A program made the translations under genes and the position numbers. From contig NC_042998.1 of the NCBI RefSeq assembly GCF_006345805.1, positions 188,852,001 through 188,916,000 of the forward strand: a DNA stretch of 64,000 nucleotides. The letters are read 5' to 3'. The notes beneath the pieces are model-generated. The model did not search any database. It saw only the letters and a program-made list of their open reading frames with translations, and was not told the origin of the DNA. Source of the stretch: Octopus sinensis (Eukaryota). Below, one piece after another: positions 26,554-39,885 of this stretch. The stretch's first letter is position 1, and every line of letters starts with the position of its first letter.

Positions 26554-27921
26554 TTTGACACCGCTTTCTAGCAAAGCATGGTATATTCTTGATACCACAC
26601 TTCTTGGTAGAAATATTGAATATTGGTAACAAGACCCTATTTATATATTGTGCTTGATTGTGAGGTTATAAATAACTTTTGAGAGAACTATTGATTATCT
26701 GATAGTATTGCAAGTATCTAAAGGCCTGATCTATTCATTCACGATTTTCTAATTTGTAGGTTGATTACTAATACTTCTTAAGTTATTGTATTGTCTTTAA
26801 TTACATTTTTTTTTCTTGCATGTACACTTCTAATAATGAAATAGAATAGAAATATATTCATTCATTCCGGTTTAGCCACAGCAAAGATATAACAATACGT
26901 GGAAGTTGACAGCACAGAGACAAGATAAAGATTTTCCTTTCAGCTTATTGATACTGGCATCTTTGTTCATATTAGACTCTATATTATCGTGTACTTGTGT
27001 TCCTTTCCTTGGTTGTTTTGCTAATGTTTTTATTATTATCATTAATTTATACTTCCATTAATTTAGCTGTTGACACCAGCGTTGTTCCTATTATTTTGCT
27101 GCCACTTCACAAAAAAAAGCAGCAGTAACAACAGGAAATAAGTAGGTTTAAAAGTTGCTTTTGCTAAAACTACGTATCAGTGAAATCTTTTTCCAGTTAA
27201 ATGAAATATCCTAGCAATAATTTTGTCAATGAACATGTTTCATTATAAATAATGAAATTATGTTCGAGAAAATTTTGAAAGGGTAATGGAGACTATCAGG
27301 TTCTATGCTTTCTTTTCACATTCTTGAAATATTAACATCATTAAGATTTGAAAGGTATATTTATTCTCATAGATCTCGGTCTTTTTAGAGAGTTATTTCT
27401 TTATACATTTGTGTAGTTTTCTATTATAAACGTATTTTCCTGTGTACATCGTGCTTAGGCAGAGTCAATCAAATGACACAATCGTTATCAAAAGAAGAAA
27501 TATATTGCATAACGACGCTGGTAATGTGGCTAATTTAAATTCCACCGAATATTATAAGTTTGTAAGTGCTCAGACGTGTTATGTGTAGGATATTTTGCCG
27601 ATGATTTAACGTAATGCTTTCACAATTAAGTACAGACTTCTTTGCTTGACTGCTGGAGAAAATGCCATTGCTTTTAGTACCTGAAACGAGGAAGAAAGAT
27701 TCAACTTTTACCATAGTTAAAAGAATGTACATTATTATTTTCTAGAAAGTTAACAAAGTAAATATTATTACATAATAGAGAATAGATGAGTAGCAAAAAT
27801 AGTAAAATGTTGCAGTATAAACGTGTTGAGTTTTTGTGCTTTGTCAAGCTAACTTCTAAGTTCCAATTCTAACCCGTTACTTCGATTTTCATTCTTAAAA
27901 GTAAAATGAGGGTCAATAATA

Positions 27922-28089
27922 CCTATTTCTTTACTACCCACACGGGGATAAACACAAAGAGGACAAACAAGGACAGACAACCGGTTAAGTCGATTATATC
28001 GACCCCAGTGCGTAACTGGTACTTATTTAATCGACCCCGAAAAGATGAAAAACAAAGTCGACCTCGGCGGAATTTGAACTCAGAACGAA
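27922..28089 (-). mobile_element. SINE family A, 5'-truncated, with TSD
   Basis: 11-bp TSD ggtcaataata at 27911-27921 and 28090-28100. Confidence 0.9.
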
Positions 28090-28762
28090 GGTCAATAATA
28101 ACATGAGCCAATTCAAATGAGTATTTCTTCTCCGCTATAATTTTATTTTCGTGAGAAGTTATTATTATTAAAATCGATGAGGTAACAATTATTAAGAGAA
28201 TATTGAGGTAGTATAATCATTATTTATTTTCGTATTACTGCAATCCGAGTTCGTATTTTGTGACAATCGATAAAATATATGTGCTAGGAACGGGACAACA
28301 ACTCTCCTCTCGTACCAGTGTTAATCCTCATTAGAAATGTAATGTACATATAGAGATTTACTCGAAACTTCGCTCCAGATCACAGATAATCTGTTTGCAA
28401 ATCTCTCATCTGAGGTTATATTTCATAAAACTAAAAATTCTTATACAAATGCTCAATGATCTCATCGAGTTTCGCTATGGCCACATAACTCTTAAACAAT
28501 CTCATCTGTGTAACATTTGCAATGATCCCTTTTACATCACTTGCTATCGCTTGAGAGATGAGGTCATATAGGTATTTAAAAAAAAAACGTTAGAGAATTA
28601 TTTAGAAGCATCCTGGAATTTAAATTATTAATAAAATATCAGAAAGGTTTCGAGTGAACCTCTAGATTTGCTATAATTCATTTAAATTCTGACGAGGGTG
28701 TCTTAGGCCTAGATTAGTTTTTTATTATGAATTGTCCACTTCGAAAAGAAAAAGGCATTTTA

Positions 28763-28763
<1 letters not shown>

Positions 28764-28822
<59 letters not shown>

Positions 28823-28979
28823 GTGTGTGCGCGTCTGTGCGTACATGTGTGTACGTGTGCGTGTGCGTACGCATGTATGCATTTATTACATGTACACACA
28901 TACACACGCCCATGTACACACGCACAGTTATAGACAGACAGACAGACAGACAGATAGATAGATAGACAGACATACAGAC

Positions 28980-29058
<79 letters not shown>
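28764..29058. repeat. (TG)n and (GACA/GATA)n
   Basis: Seen directly. Confidence 0.95.
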
Positions 29059-29059
<1 letters not shown>

Positions 29060-29764
29060 CAATTCCAAACAAGTGGAGGAATAGAAGAAATGAATTTGAA
29101 AATGCACAGAGAATATAATAAAATTAATTAGAATTTAATTATATTTTGAAATCTAGGAATGCATTTTACCAGTTTCAATTTAGATTTTCAAAAGTGTATA
29201 GTATATGGAGTTATGTCACAAATTATGTCTATTCTGGCCGTTGTTATAAAAATGAATTTGTTTTTAAAGTATAAATGTGACTCAGAATGCTATCCGTTAA
29301 CATACAAATTGATTGGTCAACGGTCATGTGACAGTCGCGTGAGAAGGTCACATAAAAGCTTTTCTCCACTGGATATGTTTTATGACAGTTATATATATTC
29401 TCTCTAGTTTCAGCTCAGAGTTGTGGCCATGCTGATGCACCGCCGTTATAGTTACAAAAAAAAAGAGATGTGTATAGGTGATGTACTAAGTGTTTACATA
29501 AAAGTATTATAGATAATTATTATTTATTATTCTATCGAAGAATAATGTTATCAATTAGTGTCAGTTCCCTCTAAATGAACATGCTAAAACATATCCCTTT
29601 TATGTTAACAAGATGTGGAATAAGTAAGATAACGAAGTGTGAAGTAAATAAAACATGTCACCTGCTACATGAATTTTGGTTTCTTAAGAACGACCCAAAG
29701 TAAACATTCTACAATAATTCATAGGAGAATGAGACACGTGCATTACTGATGTTTTTTTTTCTAT

Positions 29765-30600
29765 CCTGTTTAGGAGTGGTTTATATTTTTAATAAACGAA
29801 CTTTCCTTATTAAATGTTTTTAGTCTGGGGTGTTGTCTGCACATTGATAGAGTGGGGAGACAAAAAATTTAGATTTGATTTTTGTGCATTTGTTCAGATG
29901 TCCACTAAGTGGAATTTGTTTTGGTTTGGGATCAGGTATTTGTTGATGATGAATGTTTATTCTCATGCTTGCAGTGTGTTTAGTTTTTCCAATGCGGTCT
30001 TCCCTGCATTCATTGCATTTGATGGCATGCATTAATTTTTTTATGGGTTTTTTTACAGTAAAATCTTATCCTTATTTAAATTTGTATGTTGTGTCCTTAA
30101 CTTGGTTCTCATAAGTTTCACAAGTGGATCAGTCCCACATTTTAACTGTTGATGTTGAGTCCGTAGTTGAAAATGTCGCGTTGCTAAACAGTTGTTTTAG
30201 GGATTTTGGTTGCCTTTTACATTTAATTACTTTGTATGATGCAAGTTCCTGCTTTCGTCATTTGTTCTTGGTTCAATAACGGTATGTTTTAATGGATAAT
30301 GCTGAAGGTTTCTATGTTTCTTAGTTTCTGTGTTGTAATCAAAGATACAGATATCAGTGTATCTGAACCGTTTTGGGCTTTTCGTAGTTCCTCAATGTCT
30401 ACTGCTTTGGCGCGTTCTATTTGATTCTTTATTAGAGTCGACAGTCACTTTCTTTCAAATAGCACCTGTTTTAATTCAAGGAGTCTTTTATTCTGAACAT
30501 CCTGTTCGGATTCTTCTAGCCAGGTTGAATAGAAGAGAAATCTGGTGGATAAAGTTTGTTGACATATTCATTTAAGCTGGGGATTAGGCAGTTACTTTTG
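29765..30600 (-). mobile_element. Decayed Penelope-like element: RT thumb, linker and GIY-YIG endonuclease
   Basis: FNLARRI, RLLELKQVLFERK*LSTLIKNQIERAKA, KRQPKSLKQL, then HAIKCNECREDRIGKTKHTASMRINIHHQQI...SGHLNKC...KESSFIK.YKPLLN (PLE GIY-YIG pattern). Confidence 0.82.
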
Positions 30601-30889
30601 TTTCAGATTCAGCGATGTTTCAAATAACTAACTCAAATATTCAAATATGTGTATCACTCTAAATTATAGGTCGGACATTTTTCTAGGCAAAGAAAAATAA
30701 CGAGCTCTCAAGCGTTATGACGGATAACGAACCCTCAAGTAATTATGATGGAACCGAATTACGCTAATTAGCGCGATTTCATATGCAGGAAATAAATTCG
30801 ATAGACTCCTACATAGTAGGTTCAGTCACATTGAGACTGCGCACTAGGGTCTAGTATGGGTGAGCATGAATTCTATTACTTAAAAGAAA

Positions 30890-31310
30890 GAAATATAACC
30901 TCAGAATATCCATCCAAACTAACCTACTCGTAGTCAGCTTTTTGGGTATAACTCTAAACTTAACCGCAGGAAAACACAAAGAAGAATCACTATATAAATA
31001 GGCATTCTAAACAATCACCTTCAGTAATAAAAAGCTTGATTTACAACGTAAGTAAAAGCATTTCTTAACATCTGTAGATAAAACTGTATTCGACCAGGAT
31101 GCATTCCATGATGAAATCTTAACATAAAAGTTAGCTTAAAGAAACATTACACTAAACACCCAGTGTTTAATAAAGAAACGGACCAAGACCCCAAACAAAC
31201 CAGGAAAAATAAAGATAGCCTTGTTCAACCCATCCCTCAATCTAAATGTAGCGTCGTTATGGAGAAATATTTATTAGTGATAATCAGTAAATATTTACCA
31301 ATAAACGTAA
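30890..31310 (+). mobile_element. Decayed Penelope-like RT fragment of a second PLE lineage
   Basis: KYNLRISIQTNLLVVSFLGITLNL, LYINRHSKQSPSVIKSL and IALFNPSLNLNVAS match the PLE RT motifs NLxVVNFLDxTLNL, YINxxSNHPP and WFNPPF. Confidence 0.72.
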
Positions 31311-31664
31311 GTATTATCAGCTTGGTTTTCATACCAAAGTAGAATGTGCTAGTGTCTTTTAGGTTGGTCTTAGCTCAAACTAAGTCTGATGCGTGTAAAG
31401 TGTATTTCTGCGTACGTGTGCACTTTTATAGTCTCTTTCTTTTCCCTCATTCCGTATTTCCCTTCTCTCTCCGGTCAAGAACCGGCTTGCAAGTTTAGCA
31501 AATCATGTGTCCTAATCTTCTCATCCTTACAGTAGTGAATCTTTATCTATTATCCAGTTTATCCTGTCTAAGGTGCCTGCAATACATCGAAGAAATTTCA
31601 AAGTAACAAGCCATTGGATCAGCAAACATGAAGTGTTTGCGTGGGTGCGTGCGTGCGTACGTGT

Positions 31665-31820
<156 letters not shown>

Positions 31821-32826
31821 TGTGTATGTAATCAACTTCTTTTGATGGTTTGCTCCTTTTGTATTATATCTAGAAAGAAAATTCAAGTAATCTTGATTGT
31901 GTTATATTTATAGCTAGCTTCTGAAACTACGATTGAACGCAATTTCATGTTTATTGCTATGTTGGTGAATGACATCAACTGGAATGCTTAAGCATATACA
32001 TACTGGCATATTCAAACATGTGCGCACATACATACATACATTCACACGCTCACGTATAAATATGTGCGTGTGTATAGATGAATGTATGCACAGCCGTATG
32101 TATTTTTTTTTTTTTTGTAATTGATTTTTAATGTCTAAGTGTGTGATCCTATTCAGAGATTTGTTTCCTTTGGCCAGTTCTCATTATTCCCATTTAAATC
32201 CTTTCTAAATAATTAATTAGATCTGAAGTAGGAAATGCAAAGAATTTTATCTGTAAATTATAAAAGAACAAAAAAATTGGATAGAGAATAAAAACACAAT
32301 AAATGATTTTAAAAAAAGGGGACAGAAGATGGAAAGAAAACCAGCTTAATTTCTTCCTTGCAACTATTAAAAAGGATAAAACTTAACAACTAGCTTAATC
32401 TACTTAATTAATCCCAAAGTATTAATGTAAGATAAAGTCGCACCTACACGCGTTTTTAGTCTCCACAATATTTCCCATACATGTCTATCACATGCGCTTT
32501 CATTAGCCCAGGCCAATATAACCCATTAAGGCGATCTGTCATCAGCCATCTTACAAGGCAATTCAATACATTTACTCGATCAGTTAGACATAGCAGCCGA
32601 ATGATACACATTGATTACACATATAGAACACATGCACACATACATAGATTTGCTCACACACACACACACATACAATCAACCATTGAAAACACATGACATA
32701 GCCATACTGGTATCAAAAACACGTACACATACACATCTGTACGCCACACATATATTCGTATTACAGTATGACAGAGACACTTCTGCGTTCATACATACAC
32801 AAAAACGCACACAAACCTGTACATAT

Positions 32827-33055
32827 ATATTTCTTTACTACCCACAAGGGGCTAAACACAGAGGGGACAAACAAGGACAGACAAAGGGATTAAGTCGATT
32901 ACATCGACCCCAGTGCGTAACTGGTACTTAATTTATCGACCCCGAAAGGATGAAAGGCAAAGTCGACCTCGGCGGAATTTGAACTCAGAACGTAACGACA
33001 GACGAAATACGGCTACGCATTTCGCCCGGCGTGCTAACGTTTCTGCCAGCTCGCC
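32827..33055 (-). mobile_element. SINE family A, full length
   Basis: Near-consensus reverse complement copy. Confidence 0.92.
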
Positions 33056-33079
33056 ACATTTACATATAAAAGATATACA

Positions 33080-33612
33080 CAAACATACGCAGCCCACACA
33101 CGCACACACACAAACACATTAGTGCATGGCACAAAGATGGCTACGCACGCACCCTGAATAATTGCTTTCTACATCCCTCTCACACACATATAGACACGCA
33201 CATACACACACTAACACGACACATATGCACACACATGCACTAACACATAAACAGTCACATGTACCCCCTTGCCCTTATATGTCCACGCATCCCATTAGCC
33301 AGCCAGTCAACTTCCAGTCAATTAATGACCAACGTGTACATGAACACACACACTCACAACAGAATATGACAGACATATTTCTGCAGCTGTACGTACACAC
33401 ACACACACACACACAGGCATGTATAAACATACACACGCACAGACACAATTGCATACACAACCAAAAACAAACACCCAAGGAACCACGCACACAGAAAATA
33501 GTTTACTACATCGCACATACATTCATGCATGCTAACACACACACACACGCACGCACACACGCACACATACACAAACACACGCACACATACACACGCGCAC
33601 ACACACACACAG
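33080..33612. repeat. Degenerate (CA)n-rich tract
   Basis: Seen directly. Confidence 0.85.
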
Positions 33613-34088
33613 AACACGCCTGTCCTTATATTCGCTCTTAAGTCGTAAAACATTTCAATTCACCTCCATCCAACTTCCGGTCAGTCAACGGCTAGCTTGA
33701 CGTTTTTCACTTGGATTTCACATTTTATTGTTTTTATTTTTACTTCCTTCTTTTTCCAGTTTCTCCTCTCTTTCCGCTGTCTGAAGAAGGACAACGTCCA
33801 AAACGTTATGGTAATTAACTCTTTCCATTTCCCTGAATGTCAAGCTAGTGATATTGATTGTGAAACTATCCTATCTTGTTTTACATTTTCGTTCTCCACC
33901 CGCTATATGCACGCACGCACACATACACACACACACACACAAACACACACAAATATACACACATACATGTGTGTGCCCGTGTGCGTATATGTGTGTGGTT
34001 ACACTGCATCAAAGAGAATGATATGTAATATTGTAGTCTAAATATTTTTAGTTAAGTTTTAATAATTTTCGTTTTACTAACTCTTTAT

Positions 34089-34609
34089 TGGCAAGTAATC
34101 TTTGTCGCCACTTCAACATGGATGTTCTGTACCAAAGAGCGTTACTGCGATTTTTAAAACCCCAAGAAAACATTTCCTCTAGCTGGTTAACAATGCAACC
34201 TGCAACCGATATGTTGCGAGCAGAGGAGAGAAATCCTACCACCTTCTAGCGACAGGACCAGCAGACCAGCCTGCGTTCGGGCTATTTTACAACTAGCTAC
34301 TTTGCTTGTTGCATGATCAGCGACTGAATTCCGCTTGAATTTCTATATATTGCGAAGAGAAGTGAGCTACTGCCATCTCTAGCAGACAATGTGTCCAGCA
34401 CTGAAGAAGAGCATATATAGCCCGAAAGTAGGCTGGTCTGCTGGTCCTGTCGCTAGAAGGTGGTAGGGATTCGCTCCCCAGCTCGCAATATACCGGATGC
34501 AGATTCATCTTTAACCAACTAGAGGAAATGTCTTCTTGGGGTTAAAAATCGCAGTAACCGCCGTTCGTATGGAACAGCCATGTTGAAGAGGCGACAACAC
34601 AACTTGCCA
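34089..34609. repeat. Long inverted repeat (about 195-bp arms, 131-bp spacer), foldback/MITE-like
   Basis: Arms 34089-34285 and 34417-34609. Perfect 38-bp core at 34235-34272 and 34430-34467. Confidence 0.92.
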
Positions 34610-35025
34610 GTACAGTTACTGCGCACAACTCTTACAGAGATTTTATAACTAACTGCTTTTGTTATCTTTTTATTATTTTATATATATTCCGGGAGATTAG
34701 AAAACATTTTATACTGCAAGTATTTCTACCTTTCATGTCCCCGTATTTATATAATAAATATCAGGCATGTCCAAATTTACTGACAAATTTCATTGCTAAA
34801 GTTTTCTGACCTACTTCGAATACAAAATATCATTATTCTATATTTAAAGCACACCCACAGGAGTCAGTGTTAATTTTTACCGTAATCGATAAAATATTCA
34901 AAAGTTTAGAGCAAAAGAAAATTGAATTTTGACATTTATGGGTTTTCTAAGGTTATCAGCTGTGTGAATCATCACTTGATAGGAACTTATCTCTTGCCGC
35001 AAAATACAGATCTACGTACTCCAAA

Positions 35026-35058
<33 letters not shown>

Positions 35059-35241
35059 CTTACATATATACATATATACGAACATACATACATACATACG
35101 AACATACATACATACATACATTTGGACCCCAGATACATACATTTGGACCCTACATACATACATACACACATACATACATACATACATACATACATACATA
35201 CATACATGCATACATGCATACATGCATACATACATACATGC

Positions 35242-35789
35242 AACAGACCTGATATAATGATTTGGGATAGAGAAGAGAAACTGCGCACAACTGTGGAAAT
35301 TAGCTGCCCTGCGGATGTTAACATAAGCTGAAGATCGGTGAAAAAGAGAAGACCTATGCTGAACTATTGTGAAATCGGCAGTTACTCTATACAGATCATA
35401 AGTACTAAGCTTGTACCTATAATTATTGGGGCCCTGAGATATGTAACACACACGCCTAAATACCAATCTTGAGAAATTAGGCTTCTCAAAACCAGAAAGG
35501 AGAAAGCTAATTCGAAGACAACAGATCTAATCCATCAGTGGAACTGTAAAATTCTGTAAAACTTTCCAGAAGTTTATGATTTGAATATATATGAGCATGT
35601 CTAGATATGCAACTATATGCATGCGAATACATACATAAAACATGCAAATCTGCACATACATACATATATACATACAAACAAAAATACCCTGTTGTTGATG
35701 TTGAAATTCCAATGGAGGAGCCTTGGATCTAGGTTAGAAACCGGTTCTTTCTTTATTCGCAAGAACTGTTTAAATAAACTGAATAATGA
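35242..35789 (+). mobile_element. 5'-truncated RLE-type non-LTR retrotransposon inside a (TACA)n array
   Basis: NRPDIMIWDREEKLRTTVEISCPADVNI..KI.EKEKTYAELL...VPIIIGAL (RPD...E..C...K..Y restriction-like endonuclease), stop at 35582-35584, 3' UTR ending in (CATA)n. Flanked on both sides by TACA repeats. Confidence 0.8.
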
Positions 35790-36131
35790 CATACATACAT
35801 ACATACATACATACATACATACATACATACATAGAACTTTCTTAATTTTAACGGTTGGTTTTCAAAGGCATCTAGGTTTCTTAAAGGCTAAATAAAATAA
35901 AAGTCTTCACCCGGAAACGAATTAACATCACAACTTAATTCAAACTTTCCCTTCTTTCTTTATGACGACCTTATTTGATTCTTAAATATAGTTTTGGGGT
36001 TAACTGTATCGTCATAAAGGTATTTCAGATTTTATTTTCCATGTATTAAGACAAAAATAACGGAAGGGATGCGACATCTTCAGAAGAATTATTGCATAAA
36101 GATGTGTTACTTGCTAGAAAATTAATAAGTA

Positions 36132-36506
36132 TCTCTCAATATATAAACGGCAGTTTGTCTGTGTGCGTTTCTGTGTGTCTGTTAGCTTGTACCCTCACCC
36201 TGACCACGGCTTTCAACCGATTTTGATGAAACTTAACACACACATAGCCCAATGTCATAATTCAAAACTAACGCAGAGAAAATTTTGAAAAGTTCCCCCA
36301 GTTCTGAAAAAAATCGATAAATTCGACATGGGGTCGAGAATCAGAAACACAAACCACAGACTGTCTAGGGGACGCAACTCGACCGTTTTAACTCTCAAAA
36401 AAAAATTTACCATAATTTTTTTTCCATTTTTTTGGCTATAACTCTCTAAAAATGCTTCATAGTTATTTCCCTTACAAATCCGAGCAACGCCGGGCGATAC
36501 TGCTAG
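36132..36506 (+). mobile_element. Non-autonomous Helitron
   Basis: Inserted between A36131 and T36507. 5' TC; 3' hairpin tccg-agcaacgc-cggg followed by CTAG. The 3' ~100 bp are shared with the 60150 element. Confidence 0.85.
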
Positions 36507-37084
36507 TCACAAAATAAAATCGTTTTGTTCGCTTATTTCTTTCAAATCCGAAAATATCACAGGGCCCCAATAATTACAGGTATAAACCTGACACTTAGAA
36601 AGACTATGAAAATTAGTCAAGCATTATTGTAAGAGAAGCGGGGATTGAAAACTCAAATACGGTTTGGTAGCATTTAAGCATCAGAGATATTATTACAGTG
36701 TTCTGCGTTGTTTAGTATCTAGACGACATCTAGGGTCCAAATATTTAAATCTTAACTAAAATGGGTTCCAGATTATCATAATCCAACAAAGAAATGATTC
36801 TTATAATCCAAACTCTGCCTAACATTACAGCCAATTGAAAAAAAGCGGCAGATATTTCATGCTTATTAGGAGCACGGAATTTTGTTTTTGATTTGTACGT
36901 CAATATTCGCACGCTTTTAAAATGCAATTATTTTCCATCATTTTTAAACCATTGAATGTATACAAATTTATCGCAATGAAAATGAATTCAATTAGGACAA
37001 TGAATAAAAACCAATAAAGAAGTATAGAAAACTTTGGAATTTCGAAGGCTTAACGAGATTAAACTGAAGCAATGGGGCAAATAA

Positions 37085-37255
<171 letters not shown>

Positions 37256-37555
37256 TGAGTGCATATGTCTATACATATCGATATACCGCAAGAAAATAAC
37301 CCTGATAACTTGTGAGTTCCTAAATGTGAGGTATATCAATGAGGCAGTCATATGGTGTCATGGTGACATAAAATGCAAGATTTCAGATCCTATCTATTGA
37401 GTTGAAATAATCCATAATATCACTAACTATATCATTGGCATTAAGGGTTCTTGTTGAAAGCATTCATATTGCATGTACATAAACGTATATATGTGCGTGC
37501 GTTTGTGTGTGTGTGAGTGTGAGTGTGTGGGGGGGTGCGTGCGTAAGTGTGTATG

Positions 37556-37828
37556 ACATGACCACATGATCGACCAGACTGTCGGTTATAATGTGCTTTG
37601 CAGACATCGCTGGTTACAATGCATTTTGCATCGTTTTATCTTCCGGGTGATGCCACTCCGTGGCTAGGCGAACAGATCATGATTACCTAGGTTACCTATT
37701 TACTGGTGAGTGAACTGGAGCAACGTAAAATAAAGTGTTTTGCTCAAGAACACAACGCACTGCTCGGTCCGGGTATCGAACCCACGATCTAGCGAGCGTG
37801 AATGCAACATTCCAACCACTAGGCCACA
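37556..37828 (-). mobile_element. tRNA-derived SINE, local family E (CORE-like centre, distinct tail)
   Basis: tgtggcctagtggttgg A box, gggttcgataccc B box, gttgtgttcttgagcaaaacacttta centre. Confidence 0.75.
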
Positions 37829-37837
37829 GACATGATA

Positions 37838-38084
37838 CAGAGTTGGCCAAAAGTCACCTGACAGTAAATCAAAACCATTTAACTCCAAGATTTAAAAGAA
37901 AAATTTATTTTGTATGTGACTTCGCTAGTAAATAGACAAATGTTTTGTTTTTTTTAAAAAAGTCTGTGATTTTAACTCACAGCATTCAATTATTAAACAC
38001 TCATAATTGGAATGAACAAATTAACGGAATATCAAGTATTTATGGAATTCTGGTTTACTGTCGTGTGGCTTTTGGCCAACCCCG
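37838..38084. mobile_element. Tc1/mariner-type MITE (247 bp)
   Basis: Imperfect ~31-bp TIRs cagagttggccaaaagtcacctgacagtaaa and tttactgtcgtgtggcttttggccaaccccg. TA on the left, CA on the right. Confidence 0.78.
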
Positions 38085-38375
38085 CATATCCATGATGGGC
38101 TTCCGTCTCTTAATTTCCGGTCTGCCCGTGGCTATACTAGAAATTTGTCCAGATACTACGCAGTAGGACCCAACAGGACACCACGTCACTGTGAATCAAA
38201 CTTCTTAGCAACACACTCATAGCAGCATCTATATATACATAAGAGCATGTGTGTTTGTGTGTGTATATATGTGTGTATGTATGCATGTATTTATGTATGT
38301 ATACATGTATGTACGTACGTATGTATGTATGTACGTATGTATGTATATATGTGTGTATGCGTATATCATTGCTTT

Positions 38376-38470
<95 letters not shown>

Positions 38471-38499
38471 CTTTCTTTATTGGCCAGATTGATAGATAG

Positions 38500-38621
38500 A
38501 CCCCAATATCTATTTTTCTTTTGTTAAGACTGGTACTTATTCTATTGGGTCATTTTCGCCGAGCCGCTAAGTGACGGGGACGAAAACTCACCAACAGCTG
38601 CTGTCAAGCGGTGGTGAGGGT

Positions 38622-38625
<4 letters not shown>
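38500..38625 (-). mobile_element. SINE family B 3' fragment
   Basis: ggtacttattctattgg...gccgagccgctaagtgacggggacg. Confidence 0.65.
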
Positions 38626-38654
<29 letters not shown>

Positions 38655-39046
38655 CACACACACACACACAAACAAACAAACAAACACACACACACATACA
38701 CAGACACGTACCCATGAAGGTGTCCGCTAAAACTATTTCTCTATAATGGAACACTGTGTTTGAAATTTGACTATTTCAATTAGAATGAATATAGGAAGTG
38801 AGGCGACAGAGGGGGTTTAATTTTGGTTTTGCCCTTTTCTTTTAATCTCTGCATATGAGCTCAAGTAATATTGAAATCCAAGTCATCTGAGGCTTACTCA
38901 ATTTTTAATTATTTTTTTCTGATTGATTAGTAGGACATGCCATCAAGTATCCATAAAATATCTATCTTCTTTGTCTAGATCTTGCTCAAGGTACCATACA
39001 GTGAGGCTGAACCCAGAACCAAATGGCGTGTAATACTTCCTTATTA

Positions 39047-39187
39047 TAAGGTTGTCCCAAAAGTTCGTAGAAAGTCTTGGAAAATAATGGTCTTTATTTT
39101 GAGGAATAATTTTTGTTGTTTTTGTTAGTACTTGGCGAGTAAAAATTCAATTTTCGCAAGTGTTTACGAACTTTTGGGACAACCTAA
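39047..39187. mobile_element. Mariner-derived MITE (141 bp)
   Basis: Perfect 21-bp TIR aggttgtcccaaaagttcgta (39049-39069 and 39165-39185), TA duplications at 39045-46 and 39188-89. Confidence 0.9.
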
Positions 39188-39644
39188 TATTATTTTTTTA
39201 ATCGTCTGATAGTATCAAAAGTGACCCAAGGCCGAGAATTTCGTGCATGACATTCATCAAACTGATTTTGGTAATCACGAGGTAGAAGACCCCCAAGAAT
39301 AACACGGATCCAGACCCACATGTTTGCAAAACAAACTTCTTAAAACCACGACCAAACCTGCAGCCATATTCGTTTATAATGAAATAAGTACCACATGGCT
39401 TTGGTACGTTTTTGTACTGACATATATTTACGAGTAACTGAAAACACAAGAAGCTAAGTGTCCAAGAAGAATTGGAACCGCAGTTTACTAACAAGCCTTT
39501 TTATAATTTTTTTTTGTTTATAGGTTTACTCTCAATCTCACGCTATTCCCCTCTCCCTTTCTCTCTCTTCCTCTTTTCTCTCTCCTATCTCTCTCTCTCT
39601 CTCTCGCTCACATTCTGCCCTTATCTAATTTCTTTGCTGTCTGT

Positions 39645-39885
39645 AGGTGTGTGTGTGTGCGTGTCTGTCTGTCTGTGTGTACATACACACAAGCACACAT
39701 ATATTTATATATATATATACATACATACATATATATATATGTGTGTGTGTGTGGGTGTGTGAGTGTGTGTATGTGTGTGTGTGTCTGTCTGTGTGTACAC
39801 ACACACAAGGACACATATATTTATATATATATATATATACATACATACATATATATATATGTGTACGTGAGTCTGTGTCTGTGTG
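39645..39885. repeat. Tandem duplication (~120 bp) of a compound microsatellite
   Basis: gtgtctgtctgtgtgtaca..cacacaag.acacatatatttatatat..acatacatacatatatatatatgtg occurs twice. Confidence 0.8.

Noticed and set aside
27150-27680. LRR-like or GPCR DRY-like motifs in minus frames
   Set aside because: Short chance-level matches among many stops; the region is better explained as Ret leader or promoter.
39358-39437. Possible upstream non-coding Ret exon (gtgttttcAG ... CAG|GTTTGG)
   Set aside because: Only generic splice motifs support it; transcript data would be needed.
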